Notes under the pieces: generated by a model | What the model was told of the DNA's origin: nothing | The model's database searches: none | Seen by the model: the letters and a program-made list of their open reading frames with translations, nothing else | Shown here: piece by piece, positions 47,181 to 60,900 of the stretch | Layout: the number at the start of each line of letters is the position of its first letter | Numbering within the stretch: position 1 is the stretch's first letter | Translations under genes and position numbers: made by a program | Source: Vicugna vicugna | Lineage: Eukaryota | Direction of reading: 5' to 3' | DNA: 64,000 nt | Assembly: GCA_013265495.1 (NCBI GenBank) | Contig: MU059829.1 | Coordinates: forward strand, 3,348,001 to 3,412,000

Positions 47181-50100
47181 ACAAAACTGTGACAGAGACA
47201 CGTAGAGTTAAATGCTGCAGGATCATTTAGCAGAACACACGCGTGCACAGGATGTGACTGAGGCCGCACAGAGCCACAGCTGGCCCCGCGAAGACGCCTG
47301 TGTCCAGCACGTTGCACCCTCTCCCCGCATTTCTGCTCCCCTCAAGTAAGAGCGCACATCTTCCCGAGCTTGTGCCCGGCCTGCCCTGTGACCCCCGCCC
47401 CCGGGAGGAGCACCGACCTGACCGATCAGGGCCTTGGCAGCCACTGCCCAGGTCTCGGCAGACCCAAGGGGTCACAGGACAGCCGCGTGCCGCTGTGTCC
47501 CTTGTTGGTCAGCAGACTCCTTCCCAACTTCCCCTGCCTGTTCTCGCCTCAGGGACAGGCTGCTGGTGGGGGACTCAGCTCCCGTCCTGCTCTCCGTTCT
47601 CACTCTTGTAGGTGGCCTGGCCTTCATTTCTGGCTAAGTGGTCAGCGCTGGCCTCTTGCCTGGCAGCCCAAGCCAGCCTGGAGCAGTGGGAGCACCGCAG
47701 GTGACTCTCACACCACCGTGGTGACACCACGTCCATCCGATGGCCACGGAGGCAAAGTCACAGGAAGAGAGCAAGGGTCCCTTGAGAACTCTAGCCTTTA
47801 ACTGCGTTTTCTAGACCAGCTGTTCGCAGTGCACTGAGAGGTGTGTTTGGTGCTTGTTCACCCACTGATAAGACGGCGCTGTTACCAGTTCAACCACGAC
47901 TCTCAGTGGGTCTGGACGTGAATCAGGGCCCCAGCACAGAGGAGCAGGCTGGGAAGCCCTGAATCTTTAACTGTGGAAATCAAGGATTCGCCATCAGCGA
48001 GCTGTTCACCTTTCATCAAATCATGAGTGGAGCTAAAGATCTTTAACTTTTCTTCCAACTCTAAAATTTTGTAAATTTATGAATTATTAAAATGGAAAAA
48101 TATTTCCCCTAAATGGACATGAAACACAAAGAATCTTAATTATTGTTAATTATCATGTGCTATTATAGGGTAGTTAATTATAAAATTAAATTTCAAGAGC
48201 CTGATAGCTGACTTTAAATATTTTCAACAATATTTTGAAACATCATTTTCTTGTAGTTTTACAGTCTTAACTTTTAATCCAGCACCAGTGGTTGACTTCT
48301 CCCCAGATAGTTTTATATAATCCCTATTAACATTCTGCCAAGAACTAACACTTAATTAAAATACATAATCATGTTTCAATTCCTTGGTTGTTTTCCTAAA
48401 TTCCTTGCTATTTATTAATACATAGCAGAGCACAATATTTGCATCTTAACTAACTTTTTCGTACACGGTAGCCGTCTGTTACTGCCTTTGTATCCGCTTA
48501 CAAACAACAGCTAGTTCCCTAGTCTGTGATCTGTGCCCCTGCTCCTTGCCTGCTCTATCTGGTAATTTCTCACTAAACTGAGAAATACCTGCAAAGGCTT
48601 TGTTTCTTGGCTAAATGTTTTTCAAAAGTTATCAGTCAGCTTCAGGAATGCTCATCATATTATGCTGCAAAATCCACTGATTTGCTTAAAATTTATGTAA
48701 CCTGGGGAGACTGGAGGCCACACCAAAAATTAGCAGGGCATTAACCAAATGCCTCAGGTGACGCAGACACTGTGTCATCTTCCACCACAGGAGCCTTTCG
48801 TTTTACGATGTGCCGAATCATAACAAATATAAATAATGTATTTAATGTAATATAACATAAATCACAGCTTTTCTTTCTGGAGTCTTAGTCTTCGGGGAAG
48901 CGAGCTTCCTTTTTTCCCAGTAATGAATCAAGTCTGAACTGTTCCTAAAATACAATCTCGAGCAACTTGTCTCGCTGCCTTCTGCAGAGGAGGAGGCAGT
49001 GCTGCGGTTAATAATGACCAGTCTGGCAGCTCGGTGCCCGGGCTCTAGATCAGTTTTCAAAGGCTTTTTGGAATACTCATTTAAAAAACTGACAAAGAGT
49101 CATTGTCTCATTTAACTTTTAAAATATTAGAATCATAACTTCATACAAATGTAAGATAAACTCATGAAACGATTTTATTAAACTCATTAACAAACACGTG
49201 AACCAGTGAGGTGTTCACGTCAGTTGGAGCGCCGTTTTGGAGTAGGCTACGTGAAAAGCTGCCCATAAAGGAGGGGGAGGATGAGATTCTGCGTTAAGAT
49301 ACGAAGCTGGTTAATGAGAAACAGGACAGTCAAACGTCAGCTTTCAGTTATCTCTTCCCTTAGTTGGAAATTACTTGCAGCTCCACAATACAAGTTCACC
49401 TCTGTCCCTAGCAAGTTATAAAAACAGCCCATTCAATAAAAAGCATCGAAGTTTCAAATCCATTACTGCTTTTTTCAAGTATCAGACGACTTTCCTGACA
49501 AAGGTTTTTTTTTTTTTTAACAAATATTAAGGAAAAAACGTGTATTAGCAATGGAGATGGCGGGGACCCGGATGAACTGGGGAGTGTGTAACGCAAACAA
49601 ATGGGGCAGCCAGTTCCTGGCTAAAGCGTTCTTCTGTCCTATGGGTGTAAGTCCCAGTGCAATCTGAGTCTTTATCTCTCTCTCTTTTTTTTTTAATAAA
49701 AACCTAGAAAACAGAAGTGTTCTGGGGAAAAAAACTCAATTTGTAAAATGCTAAATAGACACCAAAAAAAAAAGAAAGAAAAAGAAAAAACCATGTTCCT
49801 TTGGGCATAAGGTTTTTAATCTCCTGAACTGCTGAGGAAACTTTCTCCTTGGATGAGAAACTTTCCACGGACTTTGGACAAGGCTGTGGTTTGCCACAAC
49901 TGGCCTCCTTAGCCTGCTGTGAACCTCCCTGAAGGCAAATTAAACATCCACCGTGTTTACTCCGGACCGAGCCCCCAGCGCTGGCTCCCTGACGCACAGC
50001 GGAGACCAGCGCCGGCGTCCCTCACGCGCCGGGGCTGCTGGTCCCCAGGCTTCCCGGCGGCAGGACCAGCTCTGGTCTCTGGAGCGGGGAAACACGCTCC

Positions 50101-52633
50101 CTGCCGCTGGCTGAAAAGCGCGGGCTGTCTTTGGCATAAGGGAGGAGTCTGGGGCACTTCAGAACTGACAGAACAAGCACAGAGCTCAGGCCTCACCACA
50201 GAGCAGAGGCTCTCACCACGAGTCGGAAGTGATGCTGACCTGAAGCACATGCTCGCGGCTGACGGAGAGCTGCACTTACTCAGGATCTGCAGAGAATTCA
50301 AATCTGGGCCTGCAGTCGTGGGAGGCTTGTATTGACCCCGCGCCGCAGGAGAGGGGACTGTTTGCAGAGCGGGTGAGGAGGGCGGGCGGGTTCCTGTCAA
50401 CGCCAAGGCTTTCGCCAGGAGTCCTGGCCAGGAAAGAGGTCCGCCTTCTCGCAGCTGGGCTCTGCTGCCTCGCAGGGCGTCACAGCTCCCCCTCGGGTCT
50501 CCCAACACCGTTCGGTTGAGAGTAACATCAACGACCAGGAACGCTCTAGGATTCGATGCCGCGGTGACTCTGGGACAGACGTGAGGATGCGGAATCTGGC
50601 CTCTGGGATGTAGCCCTCCCTCCTCACCCAGGGAGAGGGAGCTGTGTAACTGGAGAGAGGCTGGCTTTCGCAGGAAGACTCAGCCTTCGGACAACGGCCG
50701 GGTCCTCAGCGCTAAGCCACCGCGTCCAGGGTGTCCAGCAGCCAGCAGACGTGCCCCTTGTTGGGACACCGTGCCGTGTCTCTCCTCCAGGAGGACCCGG
50801 GAGCCCTGCTGGAGCACACTTCCTGCGGGGAGGTTACCCTCTTTGGGGAGAGAGGCTCGCTGTCTTTGGGGGGCTCCTTCCCCAGCGGTTTAGTTCAGGC
50901 GACCTGACCCACGTGGGCGGCACCTGGTGCCGCCCAAGCGCCGTCTCCGCGTGGCCCCAGCAGCACTCCCAGCAGCCTCTCTCCCTCGGGCTCCCTCGAA
51001 CCCACGGCCTCAGCCCGGGCCGGGCCGGATGCACACCAGCTGCATGTGACCTGAAGGCATAAATGAAAAAGTAGCCGACAACTCTCATCTTCCCACGGGC
51101 ACTTCTCCAACACCGTGACTTTCCTTAAACCAAACATGACGGAAACGAGCTGCCTTGTAGGCATGAGCACTTGCTTCTCCGCTGTTTTAGCCACTCCAGG
51201 GTTTTTTGTTTTTTTAATTCTAAAATAATGTGATAAGTATTAGATACTGAGTGACAGTAAGTATGTGAAACTGTAGGAAATAGGTGACTCCTAGAAGTGT
51301 GCTTTCATTTCTGTGCTGATATTTACTAAACATTTAATTTGTACCAAACACAGACACTGGGGTGCCGAGGAGGTCCCCCATGGGGCCAGGTATGGGGGGC
51401 TCATGCAGGACAAAGCTCCTGCCCTCGCAGACGCCACCTCCCTCAGCGAAGACCCTCACAGACGTCACCTCTCGCAGGAAGGACAAGCAAGGACGCAGGA
51501 AGGAAGTGCAGTCACTGAGTGTTCTCGCCCTGAGATTTGTTTATGCACCGAGGAATCAGACATCCCTCAGACTGAGCTTCAGTTTTGTCTTTCACCCTCT
51601 CCGTGTCTGGTTCTCAGATCATCATCTTCCCCGTCCTGACAGGCCCGGCCACAGTGTCAGTTCTCAGCAGGCTCAGGAAACACCCATTTGTCTCCCATTT
51701 AACCAGGGTAACCACGAGGAGCGGGCAGCACACCAGCACTTTCTGCAGGCGGCCAGCCCAGGGCAGGGCCCGCTCACGCCCCCAGCCGGCAGGGCCCTGA
51801 CGCCGCAGCTGCCGGTGGCCTTCAGAAGCCCGGGTCCTAGACCCCACACGGCGCCACCCGCCCTGCCTTCGCTGCTGCTTCTCCAGTGGGGCTGATCTCT
51901 GGGAGCCCTGTGTCTAAGTTCTGCCCCAGGCTGGCGCCCCTTTGCTCAGCCCCCAGGGAGCACGTCCTAAGTCACTGTCACTTGTCTCCCTCGGAGCCCG
52001 GGAGCCCTCCACAACCTCCACATTTTCACATGCCCCGTCGGGCTGTCCTTTCCTAAATTTCCATTTTCTTTTCTTTCTTCACCAGTCAATGAACATTAAC
52101 TCAACTGCTGACCAATAGTTAAGACGAGCTATTACATCATGCCGTTGCAATAGTCACAGTTGAGTTGACTAATATGGTGTGTTAGAAAATTAAGTTAAAA
52201 AAAGACAAAACTCAGTTGCTCACTTATCACATAGGAATATAAATCTCTACTTCAGAGGTTATTATAAAACTTTAATTGGGTAACACAGAGTTTCCCAGCC
52301 AGCGTGCTGCTGCTCACCCACCAGCCTCCTCGTGCCGTCCCATCGGGGCCTCCTCCCCACCCCAAGGTCTGGGGGCCTTTCCCCAAGTCCTGTAAGAATC
52401 GCACCCTCCCTGTGATGTAAGGACAGAAATGGCAGGCGGCCCTGCGGCGCACAAGCCCCGGTGAGCTGCACAAAGCCAAGTGGGTCAGCCATGTGCTGGG
52501 TCAGCGGGAAGAGTGGAAACAGGTAAGGAATTTACTGAGAAAGGCCGTGGTTCCCTAGCTGAGTGATCCGTGGGAAGTCACAGCCCAGGAAGGATTCCTT
52601 TTCCTTGTCATAACTGGGCCTGGGACCTGCTGA

Positions 52634-52932
52634 CACCCATCCAGTCCTGTCACCTGTCCCAGTCCGTGTCACCTGTCCCAGTCCCGTGTCACCCATCTCA
52701 GTCCTGTGTCACCTGTCCCAGTCCCGTGTCACCCATCTCAGTCCCGTATCACCTGTCCCAGTCCTGTGTCACCTGTCCCAGTCCTGTCACCCATCCCAGT
52801 CCTGTGTCACCTGTCCCAGTCCTGTCACCCATCCCAGTCCTGTCACCCATCCCAGTCCCATGTCACCCATCCCAGTCCCGTGTCACCCGTCCCAGTCCCA
52901 TGTGACCTGTCCCAGTCCCGTGTCACCTGTCC
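52634..52932. repeat. Minisatellite, 18-20-bp unit (consensus CACCTGTCCCAGTCCCGTGT), 15 copies
   Basis: CAGTC core recurs 15 times from 52642 to 52913. Confidence 0.97.
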
Positions 52933-54775
52933 TCTGTTGAAAGTCTTGAAAGAGTCTGGCCACCTACCACTCTCCTATCTGATACGAAGATACGGCCACC
53001 ACCCCTCCAGTCTCTGCCCCTGGGAAGAACCATAGTTCACTCCCGCTGTAAGAGTTTCCTGGGATGTTTCTGACTACGACACCAGGGCTGGCACCTTGAC
53101 TGTGATTCATCTAGATCCCTCGATATCTCTAAACTGAGCGTCGGTGGAAACGCGGTTACTGAAGACTCAGGAGGTTCCATTCCTCGTAAGTCCCTTCACT
53201 CAGGACGTCAGGAGGAGGAGCCGACACGACAGAATGAATGCCACACGCTCCCTGAACCCTTCCCGACGCCGCAGAAAGCAGGCGCAGTGGAAGCAAGCTC
53301 TCAGCCAGCTCCATCAGCTGGCCCGCTTGATTCTCTGCCGCTCCCCCGAACCCCGCGTGGACCTGCCGCCGACTCAAAACCGTCCTCTGCGCTCACGGAA
53401 GCTGTCGGCTGCTTGTCAGCGAGCAGCCCTCCGCCCTCCTGACTCAAACCCCCCTGCCTTCGCCTTCACCTCGCTCTCCCCGCCATCCTCACCGCGCTGG
53501 GCTTGGCCGTGGCATGAACAGTCTCCTTGCTTCTCACTGCTGTTCTCAGACCTTGCCTTCGCCGTCTCCAAACCACAGTCATGGTCACTGTTTTCTGAAA
53601 TGTGCAATTTACTGCAAGTTAATACAAACGTGACAATGTCGTCACGCCATGCTTACATTCAGCAGAGTTTCATCACTTCATTCCAGATGGCTGTGGTTAC
53701 CTGAGCGGAGAAGAGTGCTCCCAGTCAACGGGGTTCAGCTGTAAGCCTGGGGCGACTTTCCCTGCCCTCTCCTCCACGAGCATCCTCCTCATTCTGTTCC
53801 CGTCAGCACGTGCCCCGTCCTGAAGCAGCTCCCTGCTGTATCGCTCCCAATAAATCCCTAATTTGTGACCAGATGCTTTAAAAGGTGCCATCACTCACCT
53901 ACCGAACAGGCCCTTCCTGCCAGAACTGCGTCAAGCGCTGAGAATGCAGAAATCTGCACATGAGTGACGTGGGCTCAGTAATTTCCACGTCCTTGCTTGG
54001 GTGCTTCACATGTTTGTGGGAAAAAAGCTGTTTCTCCCTTTATGATTCTTCCCTCTGGGAAGCTGCCCCCGCCCCCTTCCACACAGTGGGATGGGCCTGA
54101 CCCTGCCACTGCCCACCTCCCCAGAGCTCACAGGGGTCCCCGGAGAGCACGGGGTGGAAGCAAGATGCCAACGCACCAGCTGCGCTTTCTGAGAGCTGCT
54201 GACAGAGCCAGCGTCTCAGCCCTCACTTCCTCCGGCGTGCACTGTGGGCCGAGAGTTCAACGCTACCTGGAAGCCTGTTTCACCCTCCTCCTCAGACATC
54301 GGAGTAGATCCTTAGACAAAGGGCCACCTGGGGGCCTGTAGAGACTCAGGAACCAGGCCCCTCCCTACCCCTAACACGGCAGCTGCGCCTTAGCTCGACC
54401 CCCAGCCAGTGCAGGGACTAATGCAAGTGTGGGAAGCACGCATCTCAGGAGGGCAGGACACAAACCAACATGCCAACAGGAGACTCTGGGGACCATTTCT
54501 GCTCTGAATGCACCCACTGCAAAATGTACGTGGGTCTTCCGGGCAGATGGACTGACAAACAGACTTCTTCAAATAACCGTGCTGGGTCACTGTTCTTCGT
54601 CTTGTGGATCAAAGTGTTCTCATTACCCAAGACTGGCTCACTTCATCGTCACAACAACACGAAGACAGACAGCACATCCCCACTCACTACAGGAGCGAAC
54701 TCGACAGGAAGGGAACAGCCTGCAGAGCCGCCCCTCTGACGTGTCACCGGGGGATTCAAAACTAGGACTGCAGCT

Positions 54776-54899
54776 GGGGGAGGGCGCAGCTCAGTGGGAG
54801 AGCTCGTGCTTAGCACGCACGAGGTCCTGGGTTCAATGGACAGGACTACTGTTAAAAATAAATAAATAAACCTAATTACCTCCCCCCAAACAAACAAAC
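54776..54899 (+). mobile_element. tRNA-Ala-derived SINE (camelid vic-1-like), second copy
   Basis: Same head and same tail (aaaaataaa...aaacctaatt-cctcccc) as the 30646 copy. B box degraded (GGTTCAATGGA). 13-bp TSD AAAACTAGGACTG 54758-54770 / AAAACTAAGACTG 54900-54912. Confidence 0.9.
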
Positions 54900-56057
54900 A
54901 AAACTAAGACTGACCAATTCCAAACCTCTTCTCTACCTGCCCTGACTGACACAAGGGAGACCTAGTTTGCCCCACCAGGAAAATGATGGGGCACCAGGGG
55001 CCAGCAGTCACCACGGGGGGTGGGGGGCTCAGGGTCGAAGCACCCACCACGCCTCAGAAGGAGGGCTAGCCCATCTGAGGCTGGAAGAGCCGATCGGCTC
55101 TGAACACACAAAACACACCGACGTCCCTTCGCCAAAGCACAGAGCAGGGCCAGCTCGCCTTCTCGCCCAGCTCTGCGGCCCAGCGGAGTGCGGGGGCGTC
55201 AACTTGCTGATCTAACCTGCAGATTGAAGTCGCTGCCACTTGCTGGGTTTAACCTTTCAAGACCGCTCATCTTATAAAACCTGCATACCAGAAGTAAAGA
55301 ACATCTTCAAACGTAAAGCTTCCGAGCGTTCGCACTGTCATAAATTCACTTTTAAATGAGGTTTTTCAAAAAAAGATCATATCTACTTGAAGGATCTCTT
55401 TCTTTTAGTAAAAAAAAGGATGAAAAAGTTAACGTCTCTGAAGAGAGACTGAGGTTACGAACAAGGTTAATTCAGTTCAGCCTTGCTCTGAATGATATAT
55501 TATTGTCCACAATTTCTTTTATTGGATTTTTTTAAAAAAGAACTTCATTTCAGCCACAAAAAAAATTCAGGCCGCTGTACACATTTGCTGCCTGCTCTCT
55601 GTGTTCTCTGTGTCTGTCTCCGTCTCTCTGAAACACACACAAACACAAATACAGCAATTTGCACACACGGAACACACATCTCTGGTTCTCACTCAGAGAA
55701 ACCACTTTCTTCTTCAAAAGATGACTTTTCTTATTAACTTGTCAGCAGAAGCCCACCCTTGTCAACCCTGCCTCTTCTTACATTGCCTTTGTGTGTCCCA
55801 GCGACCGCTACCAGGCTTTGATACAACAGTACAAGAATTCATTCTACACTTGGTACGAAATCTGTCCCTTTTGCTGAATTACCTCATACGTGAATATACT
55901 TTCTAATATCTGAGGAGAAAGACACTTACTAAACATTAGTGACACTGACAAACAGTAATCAGAGGTTACAGAAGAAACCTGCCAGCCAGGCAGATGTTCA
56001 AAAAGCTCACTTTGGACTTAACGCTGGGGACTGCCAGATGCTCTGCTCCGTCTGCAA

Positions 56058-56385
56058 GGCACTGACTGTCCGTGCCCCTTCAAGTGCGTATGTTGTAAGC
56101 TAACCCCCAGGTGATGGTGGTGGACGTGGGGCTTTGGGGCTGGGATTAGGTCATGAGGATGGAGCCCCCGTACATAAAATCCGTGCCCTTATAAAAAAGA
56201 CCAGAGACCGAGTGGCCCTTTCTCCACCACGTGAAGATACAGCGAGAAGACAGCTGTAGCCAGCAAGAGGGCCTTCGCCGAGAGCCGCGTGGCGCCCTGA
56301 GCTCCGATCACAGCCCCAGACTGTGACGAACGAATGTGCTCTGCTTAAGCCCCCGGTCCCTGGTGTTCTGCTCCAGCCGACACTG
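56058..56385 (+). mobile_element. MLT1A-type MaLR solo LTR
   Basis: tatgttg..gctaaccccc..gtgatggt...attaggtcatgaggatggagccc...gtgcccttataaaa...ccacgtgaagatacagcgagaag. Confidence 0.8.
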
Positions 56386-56902
56386 TCAATCCTGCGACGC
56401 CATCACCACTTCCTGTCTGGCCTGTAATCCAGTCAGCTGCCCCTCAGAGGGCGTCTAAACCTCAGCTTCCTCTATGTGTGAGGTTCTGTGCCTTCCCTCT
56501 AAACCGAACTGCCATGGAGCAAAGTACGAATCAAAGGGCTCTGTTCACTCTTTTGGCTGTTGTGCCAATTAACCTAAATCATATTTATAACATTTAACTT
56601 GCTGTTTTCCTCGTGCTTGATAAAGATGATTTACAAAAATTCTTACTGATGTTTTAACTTCTAAGAGCCAAGTCTTTACAACGATTGCTTACTTCAGCTG
56701 GTAGTTTTGCATCCAGATGCAAAACACAAATGGTTTGCATGCAGAGGAATGAAACCCACATACTTGCGAGGCAGATAAATTCACCTGATGCTTCTCAAAA
56801 AGCTATTGATTTCCACTAATGTCTTTTTTATCCATTTTTCATCAGAGTAAAATGATAAACACGTAGATCTTTTTAACCAGACAGTTGAGTACTGCAAGCT
56901 GA

Positions 56903-56995
56903 GCACACACACACATGCGTGCACATGCACACACGTACACACACGCATGCACACACATGCATGTGCAAGCGCACACATGCACACATGTGTACACA
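56903..56995. repeat. Imperfect (CA/TG) alternating purine-pyrimidine tract
   Basis: Read directly; 65 nt of unbroken alternation at 56903-56967. Confidence 0.9.
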
Positions 56996-57749
56996 ATCAG
57001 AATCCCAAATCGAAAAAGCACTGGATTCTGTTCTTCAGACTCTTTCCAAAATTGTTCAGACATTTAACAAAATTAATTCCTTACTGCATCCCATCCCAAA
57101 AATGGCTCAGAACAATTGCATTTGACATTACTCACTGCAATTGTGGAAGAAAATTTTGGTCTAGGAGTAGGAAAAAAAAAATCTGAAGGCAAACTTCCAC
57201 TAAAATGATGGAAGGTGGGGAGCCCTCCCTCTCCTTGGTAACACTGTGGGAAGGGGGCGGCAGGAGGTCCTGGCTGTGATGGACGGAGTGCTGTGGCCCG
57301 TGCGGGCGAGTCCGAGAGGTAAAAACTCCTGGGGGCCCGTTTTTGTGGGTTTTACCTCCGGAAGAGTGACGAGGTTCTCACAGGAGAAATCGCCTCGTGG
57401 GGAGGAAAGGGGACTCTGTTCTTCCAACAAGGCTGCCCTCAGGGGCAACCAGCTGATGGGAGCCTGACCTGCTGGGCTTTCCTCAGAGCCTCGCTGGCCT
57501 GGGGAAGGAAAACAACGCACCGCGGCCCCCAGCCCAGCCGTCCTGCCCCCGCTGAGGGGCGGGCAGAGCTGGTGAAGATCACAGCGCAGGGGGCCAGCCC
57601 TGCACAAAGGCTGAGAGAGACCCCATCACAGAGCACGTGCCTCCCCACAGACGCCGCCCCCGAGGACGACGCACACAGCGCACCACGTGCAGGTGTGAGA
57701 AGGCGCCATGGGACACACTAGCAGGCACAGAGCCCCGCCGAGAGGGACA

Positions 57750-57900
57750 GGGCGGACGTCAGAATGAGACACGCAGGGAGCCTGAGTCGTCAGACCCCGA
57801 GTTCCAAACAACTATGATTAATGTGCTAACAGCTCCAAGCGCAAGAACAGATGGGCAATGGAAGCAGAGAGACGGGAAAACTAGGGAGAAGTGCAAACTT
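57750..57900 (+). mobile_element. Old L1M ORF1 fragment
   Basis: aactatgattaatgtgctaa...gcaagaacagatgggcaatggaagcagagagacgg matches L1M ORF1 as recalled. Confidence 0.6.
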
Positions 57901-60900
57901 ACAGGGTGAAACTGATGACAGTCGGATGGCGGTTCCTTCTAAGAGCTGCGTTTAATCTGAGCAGCATCACGGACGAGTTTTATTGCTAACACAGATTTCA
58001 GCCTCATCCTGCAAAGGCCTGGTACATTCAGTAGACAAGTTGCCGTTTTCCGCCTGGTAACCAGCCTCGAAAATCTTGGACAAACAGTCAAAGGCTTCAT
58101 TCTCTCATCTGATGCTTCCGCTCTATGAGGCAAACATCCAGATAACCCATCACAAACATGACCCCCCGAGCAGGGAGAGACAAAATGTAAACTAGGAAAA
58201 AGCTCTAACAGTGGCTTGTAGAAGAAAGACACGGGATTCGACACATGGTGGAAGACACGCAGTAGCACAGAGCAGAACGTCACATACACACTTTTCAGAA
58301 CGTGCTGAAGAGAATAATGCACAAGTCGCGTGTCTTCCCAAGGGCATCGCACCGAGGCTGGCTGTGCGGCTTCGTCTCCAACACGAGAAGGTCCACAGAA
58401 GCCCCTCCTCACTGTTCACTAACAATCTGTCTCCAAAAAGACCGTCAGGAGTCTCAAGTGACAGCACGCACAGCGGGAAGCTACAGGGCCCTTCACATAC
58501 AGCAAATGTACCCAACTCAGCGCCTCGCGTGCCGGTCCCCCGGCTTCCGGGGGCTGCGACGGCACGTCCCGGGAGCGTCGCCCCACGCGACCGAGACCTG
58601 CTCACGCCGAGCGGGGCAGCGAGCAGACAACAGCCGCTTCTCCACCAGGCCTGCGGGACGCACGTGTGCGAGGCTCGGCTGCAGCCGGCGGGCTTGTGCG
58701 GCTTCTCGTCCGGTAACAGGAGTCGGGCGCTCCGAGTGCTTGGTGTCTCACTGCACCGAGGACTGCACAGGGCCTGGAGGCCTCTGACGCACAGCGTGCT
58801 TCAGCTCCGCCAAGGTGCTGCAGCATCGACCAGTGGGGACGGCCACCATGCGGGACGCCAGCCGCTGGCCTGCTCACGAGCACGCAGCTCAACACAGGTG
58901 CTTGCACGTGAAAATCTCTGTCAGCACACATCACAGTCCCATAAAAATGAAGCCTTGAAAGGCCTTTGCTCGTTTGCTGCAAATTACGTTATTGCAAGAG
59001 AAAGGCTTTTACCCCGAGGAGGCTGGATGATTAAGCGAATCTCTAGGCTGGGTCATTTCTCATTTTTCAAGCGCGGCTGCAGGGCATGAGGCTGACTGAA
59101 AAACCCTTGCTAAGCGCCAGGTGGGTTTTCTTTCCTTACCTGGGAGGTGCCTTGCCCCATGTCCCTCGTTTCAGTGAGGTGAAGGGAGGGGAGCAGGGAT
59201 CGTGCGTGACGCTCCCACCTCACCCAGCAGAGGGAGCCGTGCGGCGCCAGAACGTCCGCCGTGTGAGCTGGGGAGCGACGCCTGCAGCAGGCTCAGGTGG
59301 AGAAGAGAGAGCCTTCCTTCCAGCGGAGGCTCAGATGACCTCAACAAAACCCACAGCACTCCAGCGGCTGCCACGTGGGTGCCACGTGTCACCCCAGCAC
59401 CCAGGTCTCCGGTCTCTGGGCTGCGGCCCTGCCTCTCCACGAGTCTCCCTTTCTGGTACAAGTATTTCAAACTGGGCGGCAGAGTAACTCAGGGAGGAGA
59501 GAGCGGTGGGCCCGTCTGCCTTGGGATGGGCCTGATTTCGTACCAACGCTGACACCCAAACCTTGTGAAGTCGCAGGCTGGGGAGGGTGGTGACGGCGTG
59601 TGGAGAACTGGGGGACGCTGTTCCAAAGCTGGCATTTTCAAGGTCTCCTGTGCGCCTGCTTCCCGAGGGGGACGAGGACCTTGGTTTTTAGCATCCAGAT
59701 TACGGGTTCCATAGGCATCTTATTAGGAACTTGGGGTTAAGTGACAATTTTTCCTTACCCACAGACAGACTAGATGCATGTACCACATAGCATCTGCTTC
59801 CTAAAAAATCCTTAATAACATCTGGTTGAAAACAGTATTTTCTGAATCCTAACATCAATTACGTGGTCAGAGTGCTTTCCCCGAAGGACAGGATTTGTCA
59901 AGAATATGCAGTTTGTGTGCTGAAAAATCTGCTGTTTTCATGGCATTTCGGTACTGTCTGAGGTCAGGGAGGCAGAAACTTGAATTCCGGTTTATCAAAA
60001 GAGGTTGGTTCGAGGGAACCAGTTAATGGATACAGAAAACCAAAGCTGTTTCCAAGCCCCTGGGTGACACGCTCCCATGATGTGAAAATGATTTCAAGGA
60101 GTGTTACTTCAGAAAGCTACTTTATAGTAGAAACGTTTATCTGGGAAGTAAAGCAACTTCTGGTTGGATGCAGTCTGCACAACACAAACCAGCAAAATCT
60201 AAACGGGGTGACGGAGAACAGGGGCAGCCGTGGAAAAACCACCGCCCTTCAGGGAGAAAATCGACAGAGAAACATTAACGCGTTTCCAGCACGGACTCAA
60301 ATTCCGAGACTGATCATGTAACTCTTTTTTCTGCTCGACTCCTTGCAATTACGACTCAGAAGATGACAGTTGTTTTTGAATTCAGTAGGTGTTTGTTTCC
60401 TATGTTTTTATTTCATTTCACTTAGATCATTTAAACCCTCCTTCTAACCGTGGCATAAATTATCAGCATCTCCAAGAAGATCACGGATCACAAAGCAGTT
60501 ACGTGAAAAACTGTTGAACCAAAGCCTGTTTTACACAAATGTGAGCTGTGTCAGCCTGAGAGCGCTGCCCAACCCATTCTTGAATGTGAGGTTCCCAGTT
60601 CATCGAGGAACTCACAGTGGTAGTTCCATGAACACTCACAGATGAGAATAAGTGTTCCAACCTGTCATTTCTTCTGCCCTTCTCGGCAGTCTTCAGAGGT
60701 ACGTATTTTCACTAATTCCCATTTTAAAGACTGGGTGAGTGTGTCAACAACTTTTGCAAGGTTAACCCTCTGGTCAGTTTCTAATTCAAAATATTGTGAC
60801 TTGGGGGAGAGTATGTCGTAACGTCTGCAGTTCTAGGTGAATATAAGGAACAGCTTGTGAACTTACTAATACAATACTCACCGCACCGCAACAATTGCAT

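Noticed and set aside
52570-53035. ORFs with SPVSPVP/CHPSQS repeats resembling mucin or cornified-envelope proteins
   Set aside because: They are translations of the 20-bp minisatellite in several frames, with no gene structure.
54322-54336. CTCF-like motif GGCCACCTGGGGGCC
   Set aside because: It lacks the conserved A of CCAG and the GCGC end; such partial matches are frequent at this GC content.
58211-59089. 292-aa ORF as a possible retrogene or endogenous viral gene
   Set aside because: No recognisable protein motif, poly(A) tail or TSD. It adjoins decayed L1 sequence and overlaps other ORFs on both strands.
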